64,000 bases of DNA from an uncultured delta proteobacterium (GCA_963736855.1 CAVTQK010000015.1:160001-224000); one strand, 5' to 3'. Positions 34,373-45,697 are shown, counted from the first letter of the stretch. Numbers and translations are program-made. The notes: a model not told the origin generated them from the letters alone.

Positions 34373-35789
34373 TTAATCCCCACCCCCACCCAATGCCGCG
34401 TAGAGCCTCACTTGATTGGCCAGTTTGATCAGACGGAGTGTGATAAGCCCCTGCCGCGCCGCATTGAGTGAACGCTGGGCATCCAGGACGCTCAAATAAT
34501 TGTCGATCCCTTTGGTGTAACGTATATCAGAGAGCCGGTAGGTTCTCTCAGAGGCAGCTGCCAGGGATTCTTGTGAAGATACCTGTTGGTCGATGGTGCC
34601 TTGTACGGCAAGGGTGTCGGCTACTTCTCTGAAGGCGGTTTGAATTGCTTTTTCGTATTGAACCAAGGCGATTTCCTTTTCGGCTTTGCTGGCATCCAGC
34701 GCTGACCAAAGTCGGGCATCGAAGATGGGCATGAGGATCTGCGGCACAAAACTCCAGGCTCCCGAGCCGGATTGGAAAAGACCGGAAAGCTCGCTGCTGG
34801 CTGTGCCGACAGAAGTTGTCAGTGAAATTCGGGGAAAAAGAGCAGCTCTGGCTGCGCCGATATTGGCGTTGGAGGCCTTGAGAAGATTTTCTGCGGCCAG
34901 GATGTCAGGCCGGCGCAGGAGCACTTCTGAGGAGATGCCGGCTGAAACCGCTTCGGGAGGCTTGACATCAGCCAATGCCTTTGGAAAGAACTCGCTTTGT
35001 CGTCAAGGACGGATAACCGATCAAAAGGTTCAATGCGTTTTCATCCTGTGCCGTCAACTGCGTGAAACGGGCGATGTCTCCGCGGGCGGTATCCATTTGC
35101 GTTTGGACTCGGGCCAGGTCCAATTCGGTGGCGAGTCCCAGTTCATAACGCCGCTTAATCAAATCATAGGCGGTCTTCTGCGTTTCGAAGGTTTTTTCCG
35201 TCAGCATGAGTTTTTCCCGATCCGCAGCCAAGGTGAGATATGCGTTGGCAACCTCCGATATCAGCAGAATCTGTGCGCTGCGACGGGCCTGCTCCGTGGC
35301 CAGGTATTCTTCCAGGGCCCGGTCTTTTAATATGCGGATGCGGCCAAAGAAGTCGATTTCCCATGATGCGATGGCGAGGTTGACATCGTATCGTTCCGTG
35401 GTCTTCGCATTTCCGTCAGATGAAAGATCGGCGGGAACCCGTTGCAGGTTACCGCCGGCTCCTGCATTGACGGCCGGGAAGAGCTCGGCGCGTTTGATGC
35501 CGTAAATGGCCCTGGCCCGTTCTACATTCAAAGCGGCCAGCCGCAGATTGCGGTTGTTTTCCAGGGCGGTCTCGATGATTTTTTTAAGCTTCTCGTCGGA
35601 GAAGAATTCCCGCCATTGTAAGTCCGGAGGATCCGGTATGCTTGTTGTTCCCCGGCTTTCCGGGTAAGCGTTGCCGCTTGGAAAGCCCGCAGGGACCGGA
35701 GCTGTCGGCCGGGTGTATTCAGGTGCCATGGTGCATCCGTCCAAGATGAGGATGCTCCCCATCAGCAGAAAAAACAAATGCTTGTTCAT
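34373..35789 (-). pseudogene. OprM/NodT-family outer-membrane efflux factor split by a 1-bp frameshift (or a sequencing error)
   Basis: Lipoprotein N-half (LDGC, WREFFSD) 35789-34968 and C-half (LLRRPDI, LYAALGGG) 34975-34373 join by removing one base near 34996-34998. Confidence 0.8.
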
Positions 35790-35790
35790 G

Positions 35791-38700
35791 TTATGGATTC
35801 CCGGATGGTTTTACCTCAATGTTTTTCACTACTTGTTGCCGGTGTTGTTTGCCGAAAGTCTTTTCAATCAACACATAAAAGAGCGGCGCGAACAGGGTCA
35901 CCAGGAAGGTTGAGGTTACTACTCCTCCCAGCACCGCTGTGCCGATGGCTTTTTGCGCTCCTGCCCCCGCTCCGCTCGCCAGCGCCAGCGGTAAAACTCC
36001 GAATCCGAAGGCAAGCGAGGTCATGATAATGGGACGCAGCCTGAGTTTCGCTCCTTCCAGCGTCGCCTCGATCAATCCCATCCCTTCTTCCACCCGGGCC
36101 TTGGCAAACTGGACGATCAGAATGGCGTTCTTGGTGGTCAGGCCGAGTGTAGTCAAGAGCCCGATCTGGAAATAAACGTCATTGGGCAATCCCCTGAGCG
36201 TTGAGGCGATCACGCCGCCGATGACTCCCAGAGGCAGAGCCAGGAGGATCGAAATGGGAATGGGCCAACTCTCATACAGGGCTGCCAGGCAGAGGAAAAT
36301 CACCAGAATCGAGAATGCATATAGGGGGGCCATCTGGGCGCCGGCCTGCCGCTCCTGAAAGGAGAGCCCGGTCCAGTCAAAGCCGATTCCCTGCGGCAGC
36401 TGTCTCACGAATCCTTCCATGGCCGCCATGGCCTCGCCGGAACTCCTTCCCGGCGCCGCTTCACCCAGAAGGTTCATTGAAGGAAAGCCATTGAAGCGCT
36501 CCAGCTTCGGAGAGCCGGTACTCCAGTGTCCGGATGCAAAAGATGGGAAGGGTACCATCTTTCCCGTGTTGTTGCGTACATAGAGTTTCTTCAGATCCTC
36601 GGGAAGCATACGGTAGGGGGCGTCCGCCTGAACGAATACCCGTTTGACCCGTCCACCTTGAATAAAGTCGTTCACATATGCGCTGCCAAAGGCCGCGGAG
36701 ATTGTATTATGGATGGAGGTGATGGGCAGCCCCAGTGCACCGGCTTTTTCCCAATCCACGTCGATCCGGTATTGAGGCACATCTTCCAGGCCGTTGGGCC
36801 GAACCTTTGTCAATACAGGGTCCTTTGCCGCCATTCCGAGGAGCTGGTTGCGGGCCTCCATCAGCTTGATATGGCCCAGGCCGCCTCGATCCAGCAACTG
36901 AAAATCAAAACCCTTAGACACTCCCAGTTCGATGACCGCTGGCGGTGGAAATGCAAACACCATCGCGTTGCGGATTTTGGAAAACTCCCTCATGGCTCTT
37001 CCTGCCACCGCACCAGCCTTCAGCTCCGGTCGGTTGCGGATGTCCCAGTCCTTGAGCTTGACAAATGCCAGGCCAGCGTTCTGTCCTCTGCCGGAAAAGC
37101 TCGAGCCGGAAATTGTCATGATGCCTTCCGCCGCGTCTTTCTCTGTTTCCAGAAAATACTCTTTGACCCGCCTCATGATCGCTTTGGTCTGTTCCAACGT
37201 CGAGTTGGCCGGAAGCATCGCCTGAACCATGAGCATACCTTGATCTTCATCCGGGAGATAGGCTGTTGGCATCCGCTTGAAGAGCAATACCATCCCCGCC
37301 ACAATTATAATAAATACCACTATGTAGCGTAGTTTTTTGGATAAGGAATGTCCCACGAGCTGCAGATACTGTTCCCTTGATCGAAAAAAGATGCGGTCAA
37401 ACCAACGGAAGAAGGTTCGGAGGAACCAGACACCGCCTTCCGCCGGTACGTGCCCCTTGGGCACCGGCTTGAGAAACAGGGCGCACAGCACCGGCGTCAG
37501 GATCAGGGCCACAACAACGGAAAGGAGCATGGATGAGATGATGGTTACTGAAAACTGACGATAGATGACCCCTGTTGACCCCCCAAAAAATGCCATAGGG
37601 CCAAAGACCGCCGAGAGCACTAACCCAATACCGATCAAGGCGCTGGTGATCTGGTCCATGGACTTGGCGGTAGCCTCTCGAGGCGGAAGACCCTCCTCTC
37701 TCATGATCCGCTCCACGTTTTCCACGACCACAATAGCATCGTCCACCAGCAGACCGATGGCCAGCACCATGGCAAACATCGTCAGCATGTTGATCGAAAA
37801 CCTGAAAAGTCCTAAGATCGCAAAAGTGCCCAGGATTACTACCGGGACTGCGATAGTCGGGATCAGGGTGGCTCGCATGTTCCCCATGAACAAATACATC
37901 ACCAGGAAGACCAGCAGGATCGCCTCGAAAAGAGTTTTCACGACTTCATTGATGGCGACCCGGACAAAAGGGGTGGTGTCGTAAGGGTAAATGACTTTCA
38001 TACCTTTAGGAAAAAAATGGCTCATTTCTTCCATCTTGGTCTTGACGTTGTCGGCCGTTTCCAGGGCGTTGGCTCCGGCCGCCTGACGAATGGCCATCCC
38101 GGAGGAGGGTTTATCTTTGTAAAAGGATTCAGAATCATAGGCCTCGGTCCCCAATTGTGTCCATCCCACATCCTTGACCCGCACGATTGATCCGTCCGGA
38201 TTGGTTCGCAGAGGAATGGCGGCAAATTCTTCAGGCGTTTTCAGCAGGCTTTGAACGATGATGGCGGCATTCATGCGCTGTCCTTCGACTGCCGGAGCGC
38301 CGCCGAACTGTCCGGCAGAGACCTCAACATTGTAAGCCCGAAGTGCCGTTATTACATCTTGAACCGTCATCCGGTAATCGGTCAACCTTTCGGGGTTCAA
38401 CCAGATTCGCATGGCGTATTGGCCGCCGAAGATCTCCACCTCGCCCACTCCCGGTACCCGCGAAAGCACCTTCTCCAGGTTAGACTGGGCGTAATCCCGC
38501 AAGTCATTCCCGTCCATGCTTCCGTCCTCCGAAATCAGTCCTATGATCATCAGCCAGTTGCGGGTGCTTTTACTGACTTTAACACCTGAATTCTGAACGA
38601 CTTCCGGCAGGTTGGCCATGGCGAGTTGGAGCTTGTTCTGCACCTGGGCCCAGGCTAAATCAGGATCGGTCCCAGGGGTAAAGGTCAGCTCCACGCGGGA

Positions 38701-38964
38701 AGAACCGGAAGAATCGCTGGTCGCCGACAAATAGAGCATCTTGTCGAACCCGGTCATCTTCTGTTCGATAATCTGCGTCACGCTGTTTTCCACCGTTTCC
38801 GCCGAGGCTCCAGGATAAGATGCGGTAATGGCGATGGACGGGGGGGCGATGGGAGGATACTGGGATATGGGTAGATTGTAGATCGCCAAAGCACCTGCCA
38901 CCATTAGGATAATAGCGATTACCCAGGCAAATACCGGGCGGTCCAGGAAGAATCTCGATAACAT
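35791..38964 (-). CDS. acrB: RND efflux pump permease (AcrB/MexB family)
   Basis: FFLDRPVFAWVI, GLLVDDAIVVVENVER, RLRPIIMTSLAF. Confidence 0.95.
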   Translation of the reverse strand: MLSRFFLDRPVFAWVIAIILMVAGALAIYNLPISQYPPIAPPSIAITASYPGASAETVENSVTQIIEQKMTGFDKMLYLSATSDSSGSSRVELTFTPGTDPDLAWAQVQNKLQLAMANLPEVVQNSGVKVSKSTRNWLMIIGLISEDGSMDGNDLRDYAQSNLEKVLSRVPGVGEVEIFGGQYAMRIWLNPERLTDYRMTVQDVITALRAYNVEVSAGQFGGAPAVEGQRMNAAIIVQSLLKTPEEFAAIPLRTNPDGSIVRVKDVGWTQLGTEAYDSESFYKDKPSSGMAIRQAAGANALETADNVKTKMEEMSHFFPKGMKVIYPYDTTPFVRVAINEVVKTLFEAILLVFLVMYLFMGNMRATLIPTIAVPVVILGTFAILGLFRFSINMLTMFAMVLAIGLLVDDAIVVVENVERIMREEGLPPREATAKSMDQITSALIGIGLVLSAVFGPMAFFGGSTGVIYRQFSVTIISSMLLSVVVALILTPVLCALFLKPVPKGHVPAEGGVWFLRTFFRWFDRIFFRSREQYLQLVGHSLSKKLRYIVVFIIIVAGMVLLFKRMPTAYLPDEDQGMLMVQAMLPANSTLEQTKAIMRRVKEYFLETEKDAAEGIMTISGSSFSGRGQNAGLAFVKLKDWDIRNRPELKAGAVAGRAMREFSKIRNAMVFAFPPPAVIELGVSKGFDFQLLDRGGLGHIKLMEARNQLLGMAAKDPVLTKVRPNGLEDVPQYRIDVDWEKAGALGLPITSIHNTISAAFGSAYVNDFIQGGRVKRVFVQADAPYRMLPEDLKKLYVRNNTGKMVPFPSFASGHWSTGSPKLERFNGFPSMNLLGEAAPGRSSGEAMAAMEGFVRQLPQGIGFDWTGLSFQERQAGAQMAPLYAFSILVIFLCLAALYESWPIPISILLALPLGVIGGVIASTLRGLPNDVYFQIGLLTTLGLTTKNAILIVQFAKARVEEGMGLIEATLEGAKLRLRPIIMTSLAFGFGVLPLALASGAGAGAQKAIGTAVLGGVVTSTFLVTLFAPLFYVLIEKTFGKQHRQQVVKNIEVKPSGNP

Positions 38965-38976
38965 CGCAAACCTCCG

Positions 38977-40188
38977 TCAGTTCGATGCCGGGGTCGGCTG
39001 GGTCGGTTGACCCGGTTTTACCCCCTGATTCCGACCGTCATCGAAGGGGACCTCTTTCACGGCAGCGCCGGGTCGCACTTTTTGTATACCTTCTACGATT
39101 ACTCGATCTCCTGGAGCAAGACCCGAGGAGATCAGCCATTGATCGCCGATGGCTCGATCCAGCCTAAGGATTCGCTGCTCCACTTTGCCCTCGGAATTCA
39201 CGATCAGGGCCACGGGATTCCCCTTGGGGTCGCGTGAAACCGCCTGCTGAGGAATAAAAATGGCATTCGTATTGACACCTTCCTTCAACACCGCCCTGAC
39301 GAACATGCCCGGAAGGAGAACCCCTTTCGGATTAGGGAATACGGCCCTCATGACGACGGACCCGGTCGTCGGATCTACCGAGATGTCGCGGAATTGAAGC
39401 GTTCCTTCCAAAGGATATTTTGTACCGTCTTCCAGAATGAGTCGCGCCTGGTTCAGGTTCTTTCCGTTGTGATCGAGCCGACCATCCTCCAGGCGGCGTT
39501 TCAACCGCAATAGGTCGGTGGTGGATTGGGTGACATCCACATAAATGGGGTCCAGCTGCTGAACCGTCGCTAAGGCCATGGGCTGATAGGCCGTTACAAT
39601 AGCGCCATCCGTCACAGCGGATTTCCCGATGCGGCCGGAAATCGGAGAAGTGACGCGGGCGTATCGGAGATTGATGCGGGCCGTCTCGACCATCGCTTTC
39701 CAATACTGTATATCAGCCTCGGTTTGTTTTAGGGCGGCGTCCGCATCATCGAAGTCCTGCTGGCTGACCGCCTTGTCTGCCAGGGCTTCTTTGTAACGGG
39801 CGACCCTCAACCGGATCGCAGGCAAATTGGCTTCAGCCCTGCCGAGGGAGGCCTTGGCGCTGTCGATCACAGTCTGGAAGGGCGCGGGATCGATTTGATA
39901 GAGCTCCTGACCGGCCTGGACATCGGAACCTTCCGTGAACAATCGTTTCTGGATGAGGCCATTGACCTGGGGCCGGATTTCCGCGATACGGTAAGCCGAT
40001 GTTCGGCCCGGCAATTCAGTGGTCAGCATAACCTGCTGGGTGGATATTGTAACGACGGCGACTTCCGGGACAAGAGGCGGCGGGGATTGCTTCCGGCGGT
40101 CGCAGCCACCCAGCCAGAGGCTGCAAATCAGGGCCACCCCCAGCGCAGCACATCGGAAAAATCCGTAAACAGTATGGGTCTTTCGCAT
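38977..40188 (-). CDS. acrA: RND efflux periplasmic adaptor (AcrA/MexA family)
   Basis: Lipobox LGGC, AEIRPQVNG, SPISGRIG, LLPGMFV. Confidence 0.93.
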   Translation of the reverse strand: MRKTHTVYGFFRCAALGVALICSLWLGGCDRRKQSPPPLVPEVAVVTISTQQVMLTTELPGRTSAYRIAEIRPQVNGLIQKRLFTEGSDVQAGQELYQIDPAPFQTVIDSAKASLGRAEANLPAIRLRVARYKEALADKAVSQQDFDDADAALKQTEADIQYWKAMVETARINLRYARVTSPISGRIGKSAVTDGAIVTAYQPMALATVQQLDPIYVDVTQSTTDLLRLKRRLEDGRLDHNGKNLNQARLILEDGTKYPLEGTLQFRDISVDPTTGSVVMRAVFPNPKGVLLPGMFVRAVLKEGVNTNAIFIPQQAVSRDPKGNPVALIVNSEGKVEQRILRLDRAIGDQWLISSGLAPGDRVIVEGIQKVRPGAAVKEVPFDDGRNQGVKPGQPTQPTPASN

Positions 40189-40250
40189 CAAAAAATCCTC
40201 CTGGTAGCGATGTCGGCCGGCGGATTGCATTCGCCGCGCATAATAAAACC

Positions 40251-40874
40251 TCAATGGTTGACAAGCCCTTCAAGCAAGATATTTAAAATAGTGTCCGGTT
40301 CCTCCGGATACGGATATCGTTGTGGGTCTTCGAGCCAGAGGGAGAGAAAGGCGTTAGTCATGCTGTCGAGAGCGACGGCCAGATGAAAAGGAGCGGCGAT
40401 CCGCCGAAAGTATTTTTGCTGCATCCCATCTTCGAAAACCGAGGCAAGTGACAGTAAAAAGTTCCGATAACGTTCGCGGATTTCGAGATCCAAGCCTGTC
40501 ATGACGTTAAAGCGTGCCCCGCGGGTCTCGGCAAAATAGAGCCGGATGGTCGTCACGTTGCTGCGGAAAATCTCCCCTTTGACTCGAATGAAGGTCCTCA
40601 GCTTGTCGATTTCATCCGCGTTGCCGCCGATTGCCTCTGTGACTGCTTCGTGGAAGCGGTCGGCCTGTTCCAAGATGAGGGCTTTGTAGAGTTCCTCCTT
40701 GTTTCGAAAAAACTTGTAAAGCGTTCCGATGGCGAACTCGGCCTTCGTGGCAATCTCGCGCATGGACACATTATGATACCCTTTTTCCGAAAAAAGCAGC
40801 AGGGTGACGGTGAGAATTTCCTGGCGTTGCCGTAACTTCTCTCGTTCCCGCCGGGGCAGGCTTTGGTTTTCCAT
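40251..40874 (-). CDS. TetR/AcrR-family regulator
   Basis: LFSEKGYHNVSMREIA..AEFAIGTLYKFF.NKEEL HTH. Confidence 0.92.
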   Translation of the reverse strand: MENQSLPRREREKLRQRQEILTVTLLLFSEKGYHNVSMREIATKAEFAIGTLYKFFRNKEELYKALILEQADRFHEAVTEAIGGNADEIDKLRTFIRVKGEIFRSNVTTIRLYFAETRGARFNVMTGLDLEIRERYRNFLLSLASVFEDGMQQKYFRRIAAPFHLAVALDSMTNAFLSLWLEDPQRYPYPEEPDTILNILLEGLVNH

Positions 40875-41025
40875 CAAATGGCATCCCTTAAGAATGCAAT
40901 TATAAAATATGAAGGATGCGTCACTATATTACCCGGTGTTCTTTGTCAAGAAATATCAACAGCAAAACACAATTCATCCTCGCGCTTGATCCGCACATAA
41001 AAAAGCGACTTCTATTAAAAAAAGC

Positions 41026-41083
41026 TTGACAAGCGTGTTCGGTTAATTTAAATAGGATAAAAATCATCCTATTTATCCTGTTT
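41026..41083 (+). promoter_or_regulatory. Promoter and putative Rrf2 operator
   Basis: TTGACA at 41026; perfect inverted repeat TAAATAGGAT-N7-ATCCTATTTA (41049-41075) over the -10 position, plus extra half-site ATCCTGTTT. Confidence 0.65.
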
Positions 41084-41094
41084 TGGAGTTTCTG

Positions 41095-41595
41095 ATGCGC
41101 CTAACCCGTGCCGGTGAATACGCGGTGCGCTGTGTCCTGTACCTGTCCTCATGTTCCGCGCAAGAGGTGGTGAGCCGGAAGGCCATCGCCGAAGCAATGG
41201 ACATCCCGGATCAGTTCTTGGGCAAGATCGCCCAGCAGCTGGCGCGCTCAGGGATTGTCGAAATCGTGCAAGGTGCGAAAGGCGGGTTTCGGCTGCTCCG
41301 TTCCCCCGAAGCCCTGAGCCTTCTGGAGGTCGTGGAAGCGACGATCGGAGAGATCTTCCTGAATGACTGCCTGATGAATCCGGGGAGCTGCATGAGGAGC
41401 CAGGCTTGCGCGGTCAACAAGATCTGGGAAAAGGCGAGGAATCAGCTCCGAGAGACTCTCGGGAATGCGACCTTCAAGAGCCTACTGGACTCACAAAGCT
41501 GCATGAGCCCTTCTCTTCCTGCCCGTGCGAAGGGGAAGGATGTGGGCCGGAGGAAAAGAAGTAAAAAGGTTTCACCTTCAGCAAAAGGAGGATAA
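41095..41595 (+). CDS. Rrf2-family transcriptional regulator with three Cys (likely Fe-S)
   Basis: MRLTRAGEYAVR, GAKGGFRL, C-x6-C-x5-C. Confidence 0.92.
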   Translation: MRLTRAGEYAVRCVLYLSSCSAQEVVSRKAIAEAMDIPDQFLGKIAQQLARSGIVEIVQGAKGGFRLLRSPEALSLLEVVEATIGEIFLNDCLMNPGSCMRSQACAVNKIWEKARNQLRETLGNATFKSLLDSQSCMSPSLPARAKGKDVGRRKRSKKVSPSAKGG

Positions 41596-41598
41596 GCC

Positions 41599-42915
41599 AT
41601 GGACCCCTTGTTTCTTTCAAGGCTGCAGTTTGCAGCGGCAACCATGTTCCATTTCCTGTTCGTGCCCCTCACCCTGGGCCTTTCCATCATGGTCGCTGTG
41701 ATGGAAACCCGTTACGCGCGCACCGGGGACGAGACGTACCTGAGGATGACCCGGTTCTGGGGAAAGCTGTTTTTGATCAACTTCGCCCTGGGAATCGTGA
41801 CCGGCATCACCCTTGAGTTCCAGTTCGGGACGAACTGGTCGAGGTATTCGGCTTTTGTGGGAGACGTGTTCGGATCCCTGCTGGCCATTGAGGCGACGGC
41901 TGCATTTTTCCTGGAGTCCACCCTCATCGGCGTCTGGATTTTCGGGTGGAAAAAGCTCTCAAAGAAAGCTCATGCCACTGTAATGTGGCTCATCGCGGGA
42001 GCCTCGACGCTTTCCGCTGTATGGATTCTCATTGCCAATTCCTGGATGCAGCACCCTGTGGGGTATGTTATCAGAAACGGCAGGGCGGAACTTGAAAGCT
42101 TCACGGCTGTGGTGTTTCAGGGGTGGGCGGTCTTGACCTTTGTCCACACGGTGAGCGCCGCCTATATTCTTAGCGCCTTCTTCGTCATGGGCATCAGCGC
42201 CTACCATCTCTTGAAGAAGCAGCACATCGATTTATTCACACGATCCTTTCGCATTGCACTGAGCATCGGCCTCATGTTCTCTCTACTGGAGATCGTGGAA
42301 GGCCATCTCCACGGGGCGGACCTTGCAGAAAAACAGCCTACAAAGCTTGCGGCCATGGAAGCCCACTGGGAAACGACCACCCAGGCTCCAGTTTACATGT
42401 TTGCGATTCCCGATGAAAAGAATGAGCGCAACATGATGGAGATTCTGCCCATCCCCGGGCTTCTGAGTTTTCTGGCAAAGCACGATCCGAAAGCGGAGGT
42501 CAAAGGCCTCAAAGCATTCCCTCCTGCAGACAGACCACCGGTGCTTATCAATTTTATTGCTTTCAAACTCATGATCGCCCTGGGCGTCTATTTTGTCCTG
42601 ATCACCCTTTACGGTTGGATTCGCCGGAACCGCCTCACCGAGAGCCCCGGCCTATTGAAACTCATGGTGCTTTCCATCCCTCTGCCGTACATCGCGGCGG
42701 AAGCCGGGTGGGTTCTGGCCGAAGTGGGGCGCCAGCCTTGGATCGTCTACGGCCTCATGAGAACTTCGGACGCCGCCTCACCAGTTGCAGGATCCCAGGT
42801 CCTGATCAGTCTGGTGGCCTTTGTCCTCGTTTATGGTGTTCTCGGATGCTTGGGCTTCTATCTCATGGCAAAGCATGTGGTGAAAGGGCCTGAGCCTGTT
42901 ACGACTGCTCGGTGA
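41599..42915 (+). CDS. cydA: Cytochrome bd quinol oxidase subunit I
   Basis: SRLQFA...FHFLFVPLT, EFQFGTNW, QPTKLAAME, EVGRQPW. Confidence 0.97.
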   Translation: MDPLFLSRLQFAAATMFHFLFVPLTLGLSIMVAVMETRYARTGDETYLRMTRFWGKLFLINFALGIVTGITLEFQFGTNWSRYSAFVGDVFGSLLAIEATAAFFLESTLIGVWIFGWKKLSKKAHATVMWLIAGASTLSAVWILIANSWMQHPVGYVIRNGRAELESFTAVVFQGWAVLTFVHTVSAAYILSAFFVMGISAYHLLKKQHIDLFTRSFRIALSIGLMFSLLEIVEGHLHGADLAEKQPTKLAAMEAHWETTTQAPVYMFAIPDEKNERNMMEILPIPGLLSFLAKHDPKAEVKGLKAFPPADRPPVLINFIAFKLMIALGVYFVLITLYGWIRRNRLTESPGLLKLMVLSIPLPYIAAEAGWVLAEVGRQPWIVYGLMRTSDAASPVAGSQVLISLVAFVLVYGVLGCLGFYLMAKHVVKGPEPVTTAR

Positions 42916-42931
42916 TGAAAGGAGGTTCTAA

Positions 42932-43960
42932 ATGATACTTCAAGATGTTTGGTTTTTCCTTTGGGGACTTCTCTGGGCTGTTTATTTTATCAGCGACGGA
43001 TTTGATCTGGGGATCGGGAGCCTGCTCCCCTTCTTAGGGAAGAGCGAAAGCGATCGCAAAGTCATGATCCACGCGATAGGACCCTTGTGGAACGGCAATG
43101 AGGTGTGGCTGCTCACGGCAGGCGGAGTGACCTTTGCGGCTTTTCCGGCCGTCTATGCCGTGATGTTCAGTTCCTTGTACTCGGCCCTGATGCTCCTTCT
43201 TTTTGCGCTCATCATCCGGGGGGTCTCCTTTGAGTTTCGAAGCAAAGTGGAGAGTCTGGGATGGCGCAAGTTTTGGGACATTTGCCTATTCATCGGAAGC
43301 TTGGCCCCTGCAGTGCTGCTGGGCGTGGCCTTTGCCAACATTTTTCGCGGAATTCCCTTCGATCAGAACGGTATCTACCATGGCACCCTCCTCACCCTGC
43401 TGAACCCTTACGGTTTATTGGGAGGAATCCTTTTTCTCTGCCTTTTCCTGGTCCACGGCTCCCTGTGGCTGTCCATCAAAGCGGATGGAGATCTCCATGA
43501 AAGGGTTGTGAACGCAGCGCACAAGCTGTGGGTCGCATTGCTGTTTGTGGCTGTGCTGTTCCTCATTGCCACGAAGTTTGCGACCCCTCTCTACAACAAC
43601 TACATCGCTCATCCGATCCTCTTCGTTGTTGTACTGGTCACCGTGGCAGCGCTCCTGGCTACCAAGGTCTTCCTCAAAATCGGGGCCCTGTGGAAAGCAT
43701 GGTTCTCGTCAGCTCTCACCATCATTGGAGCGACCTTTTTCGGAATCATCGGGCTCTATCCGAACCTGTTTCCCTCCAGCCTAAACAGCCAGTACAGCCT
43801 CACGGCCCACAATGCTTCGTCGAGTCCGCTCACGCTCAAAATAATGTTCATCGTGGCGCTGATCTTTGTTCCCATTGTTCTGGCCTATCAAGTCTGGGCA
43901 TACCATCTCTTCACAGGGAAGGTCACTTCAGAAGATCTGGCCTATGAGGAGGGAGAGTGA
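42932..43960 (+). CDS. cydB: Cytochrome bd quinol oxidase subunit II
   Basis: DGFDLGIG, GPLWNGNEVWL, RGVSFEFR. Confidence 0.96.
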   Translation: MILQDVWFFLWGLLWAVYFISDGFDLGIGSLLPFLGKSESDRKVMIHAIGPLWNGNEVWLLTAGGVTFAAFPAVYAVMFSSLYSALMLLLFALIIRGVSFEFRSKVESLGWRKFWDICLFIGSLAPAVLLGVAFANIFRGIPFDQNGIYHGTLLTLLNPYGLLGGILFLCLFLVHGSLWLSIKADGDLHERVVNAAHKLWVALLFVAVLFLIATKFATPLYNNYIAHPILFVVVLVTVAALLATKVFLKIGALWKAWFSSALTIIGATFFGIIGLYPNLFPSSLNSQYSLTAHNASSSPLTLKIMFIVALIFVPIVLAYQVWAYHLFTGKVTSEDLAYEEGE

Positions 43961-43961
43961 G

Positions 43962-44070
43962 TGATGTAGGTTGAAAATAATGGACTCCGAAGTTTACAAT
44001 GATTGATAGACGGAGGTGTCAGTATGGAAAAATTACCATACAGCAAATACAGTAAAGAGTTTCGTAAAGA
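43962..44070 (+). mobile_element. IS3-family remnant (left IR plus start of orfA)
   Basis: TGATGTAGGTTGAAAATAATGGACTCC (TG...TGGAC, IS3-type IR), SD GGAGG, ATG at 44024 MEKLPYSKYSKEFR. Confidence 0.7.
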
Positions 44071-44080
44071 GAAAAGAGTC

Positions 44081-45697
44081 CTATTTCAGGAGTTGCTCGA
44101 AAAAATCATTCCCTTTGTCGTCAACAATGATAAAGGCCGGGAAATTTTTTACCGTAATCTCGAAGATGGCTTCCATGCCGAGTTCTTCAAACGCTAAAGT
44201 TTTCATCGATATAATGCATTCCTTGCCCAGCCTGGCGGCGGGGCCACCGATGGATCCCAGGTAAAACCCCCCGTATTTTTTACACGATTCGGTGACTATT
44301 TTGGATCGGTTTCCCTTGGCGAGCATGACGAGGGAAGCTCCTTGTTCCTGGAATATGGGAACATAGGCATCCATTCGACCGGCAGTGGTGGGGCCGAAGG
44401 ACCCGGAAGGATACCCCTTGGGTGTTTTGGCCGGGCCCGCATAGTAGATAATATGATCTCTGAAATAAGACGGGAGCCTTTCACCCTTTTCGAGGCTTTC
44501 GTTCAGTCGGGCGTGGGCGATGTCTCGGGCAACCACCAGTTTCCCGGACAAACGCAGACGAGTGGCAACCGGGTACTGAGTCAGGATCGCCCGTATTTCG
44601 TCCATTGGGCGGTTCAGATCGATGAAGACCCCTTCATCTTCAATTGAATCGGGCTTGGGAAGATATTTGGCCGGGTCGGTTTCCATTTGTTCTAAAAAAA
44701 TGCCCTCGGTTGTGATTTTTCCTTTGATGTTCCTATCCGCACTGCAGCTTACTCCCATCCCTACCGGACAGGAAGCGCCGTGCCGGGGAAGGCGGATGAC
44801 GCGTACGTCGAGACAGAAATATTTTCCTCCAAACTGGGCACCGATCCCCAGTTTCCGGGATATTTCCAGAGCTTGTTTTTCAAGAGTCAAATCCCGGAAA
44901 GCCTGACCGCAGGCATTTCCTTTCGTGGGAAGTTTATCCAGGTAACCGGCCGTGGCCAGCTTGACGGTTTTGAGATTCATTTCCGCGGAAAGTCCTCCCA
45001 CGATAAAAGCTAGGTGATAAGGCGGGCAAGCCGCCGTACCCAGGGTTTTCATCTTTTCCATCATGAAGTTAAGGAGCTTTTCCGGCGTCAGAAGGGCCTT
45101 TGTTTCCTGATATAGGAAAGTCTTGTTGGCCGAGCCTCCCCCTTTGGCGATGAATAAAAAATCGTAGGCATTCCCTTCAACGGCGTACAATTCAATCTGG
45201 GCCGGGAGGTTGCAGCCGGTGTTTTTTTCTTCGAACATCGTCAAAGGCGCATTCTGGGAATAGCGCAGGTTGTTTCGGGTGTAGGCGTTGAAGACACCCC
45301 TAGAAATCGCCTCCTCGTCGGGATATCCGGTCCAGACCCGTTGCCCTTTTTTCCCGATCACGATAGCGGTGCCGGTATCCTGGCACATGGGAAACTCTCC
45401 CTCTGCCGATATGACGGCATTCTTCAACATTTCCAAGGCTACATATCGGTCGTTCCTGGAGCTTTCGGGATCTTTCAGGATCGCGGAGAGCTGGTTCAAG
45501 TGGGAAGGTCGCAGCAGATGAGAAACGTCCCTGAAGGCCTGTTCGGTTAAGAGGGTGAGCCCTTCGGATGCCGCTTTCAGTATAGGAATACCCTCGAAAG
45601 ACCCCTCACATACATGATTGTGCGTTAGTAGTCTATACGGCGATACATCTTCCAGGTGCACGATTAAGGGCTGAAAATGAAACTCGACCATTGGCAA
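44081..45697 (-). CDS. fumA: Class I (Fe-S) fumarate hydratase
   Basis: [45 protein letters not shown]. Confidence 0.95.
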   Translation of the reverse strand: MPMVEFHFQPLIVHLEDVSPYRLLTHNHVCEGSFEGIPILKAASEGLTLLTEQAFRDVSHLLRPSHLNQLSAILKDPESSRNDRYVALEMLKNAVISAEGEFPMCQDTGTAIVIGKKGQRVWTGYPDEEAISRGVFNAYTRNNLRYSQNAPLTMFEEKNTGCNLPAQIELYAVEGNAYDFLFIAKGGGSANKTFLYQETKALLTPEKLLNFMMEKMKTLGTAACPPYHLAFIVGGLSAEMNLKTVKLATAGYLDKLPTKGNACGQAFRDLTLEKQALEISRKLGIGAQFGGKYFCLDVRVIRLPRHGASCPVGMGVSCSADRNIKGKITTEGIFLEQMETDPAKYLPKPDSIEDEGVFIDLNRPMDEIRAILTQYPVATRLRLSGKLVVARDIAHARLNESLEKGERLPSYFRDHIIYYAGPAKTPKGYPSGSFGPTTAGRMDAYVPIFQEQGASLVMLAKGNRSKIVTESCKKYGGFYLGSIGGPAARLGKECIISMKTLAFEELGMEAIFEITVKNFPAFIIVDDKGNDFFEQLLK

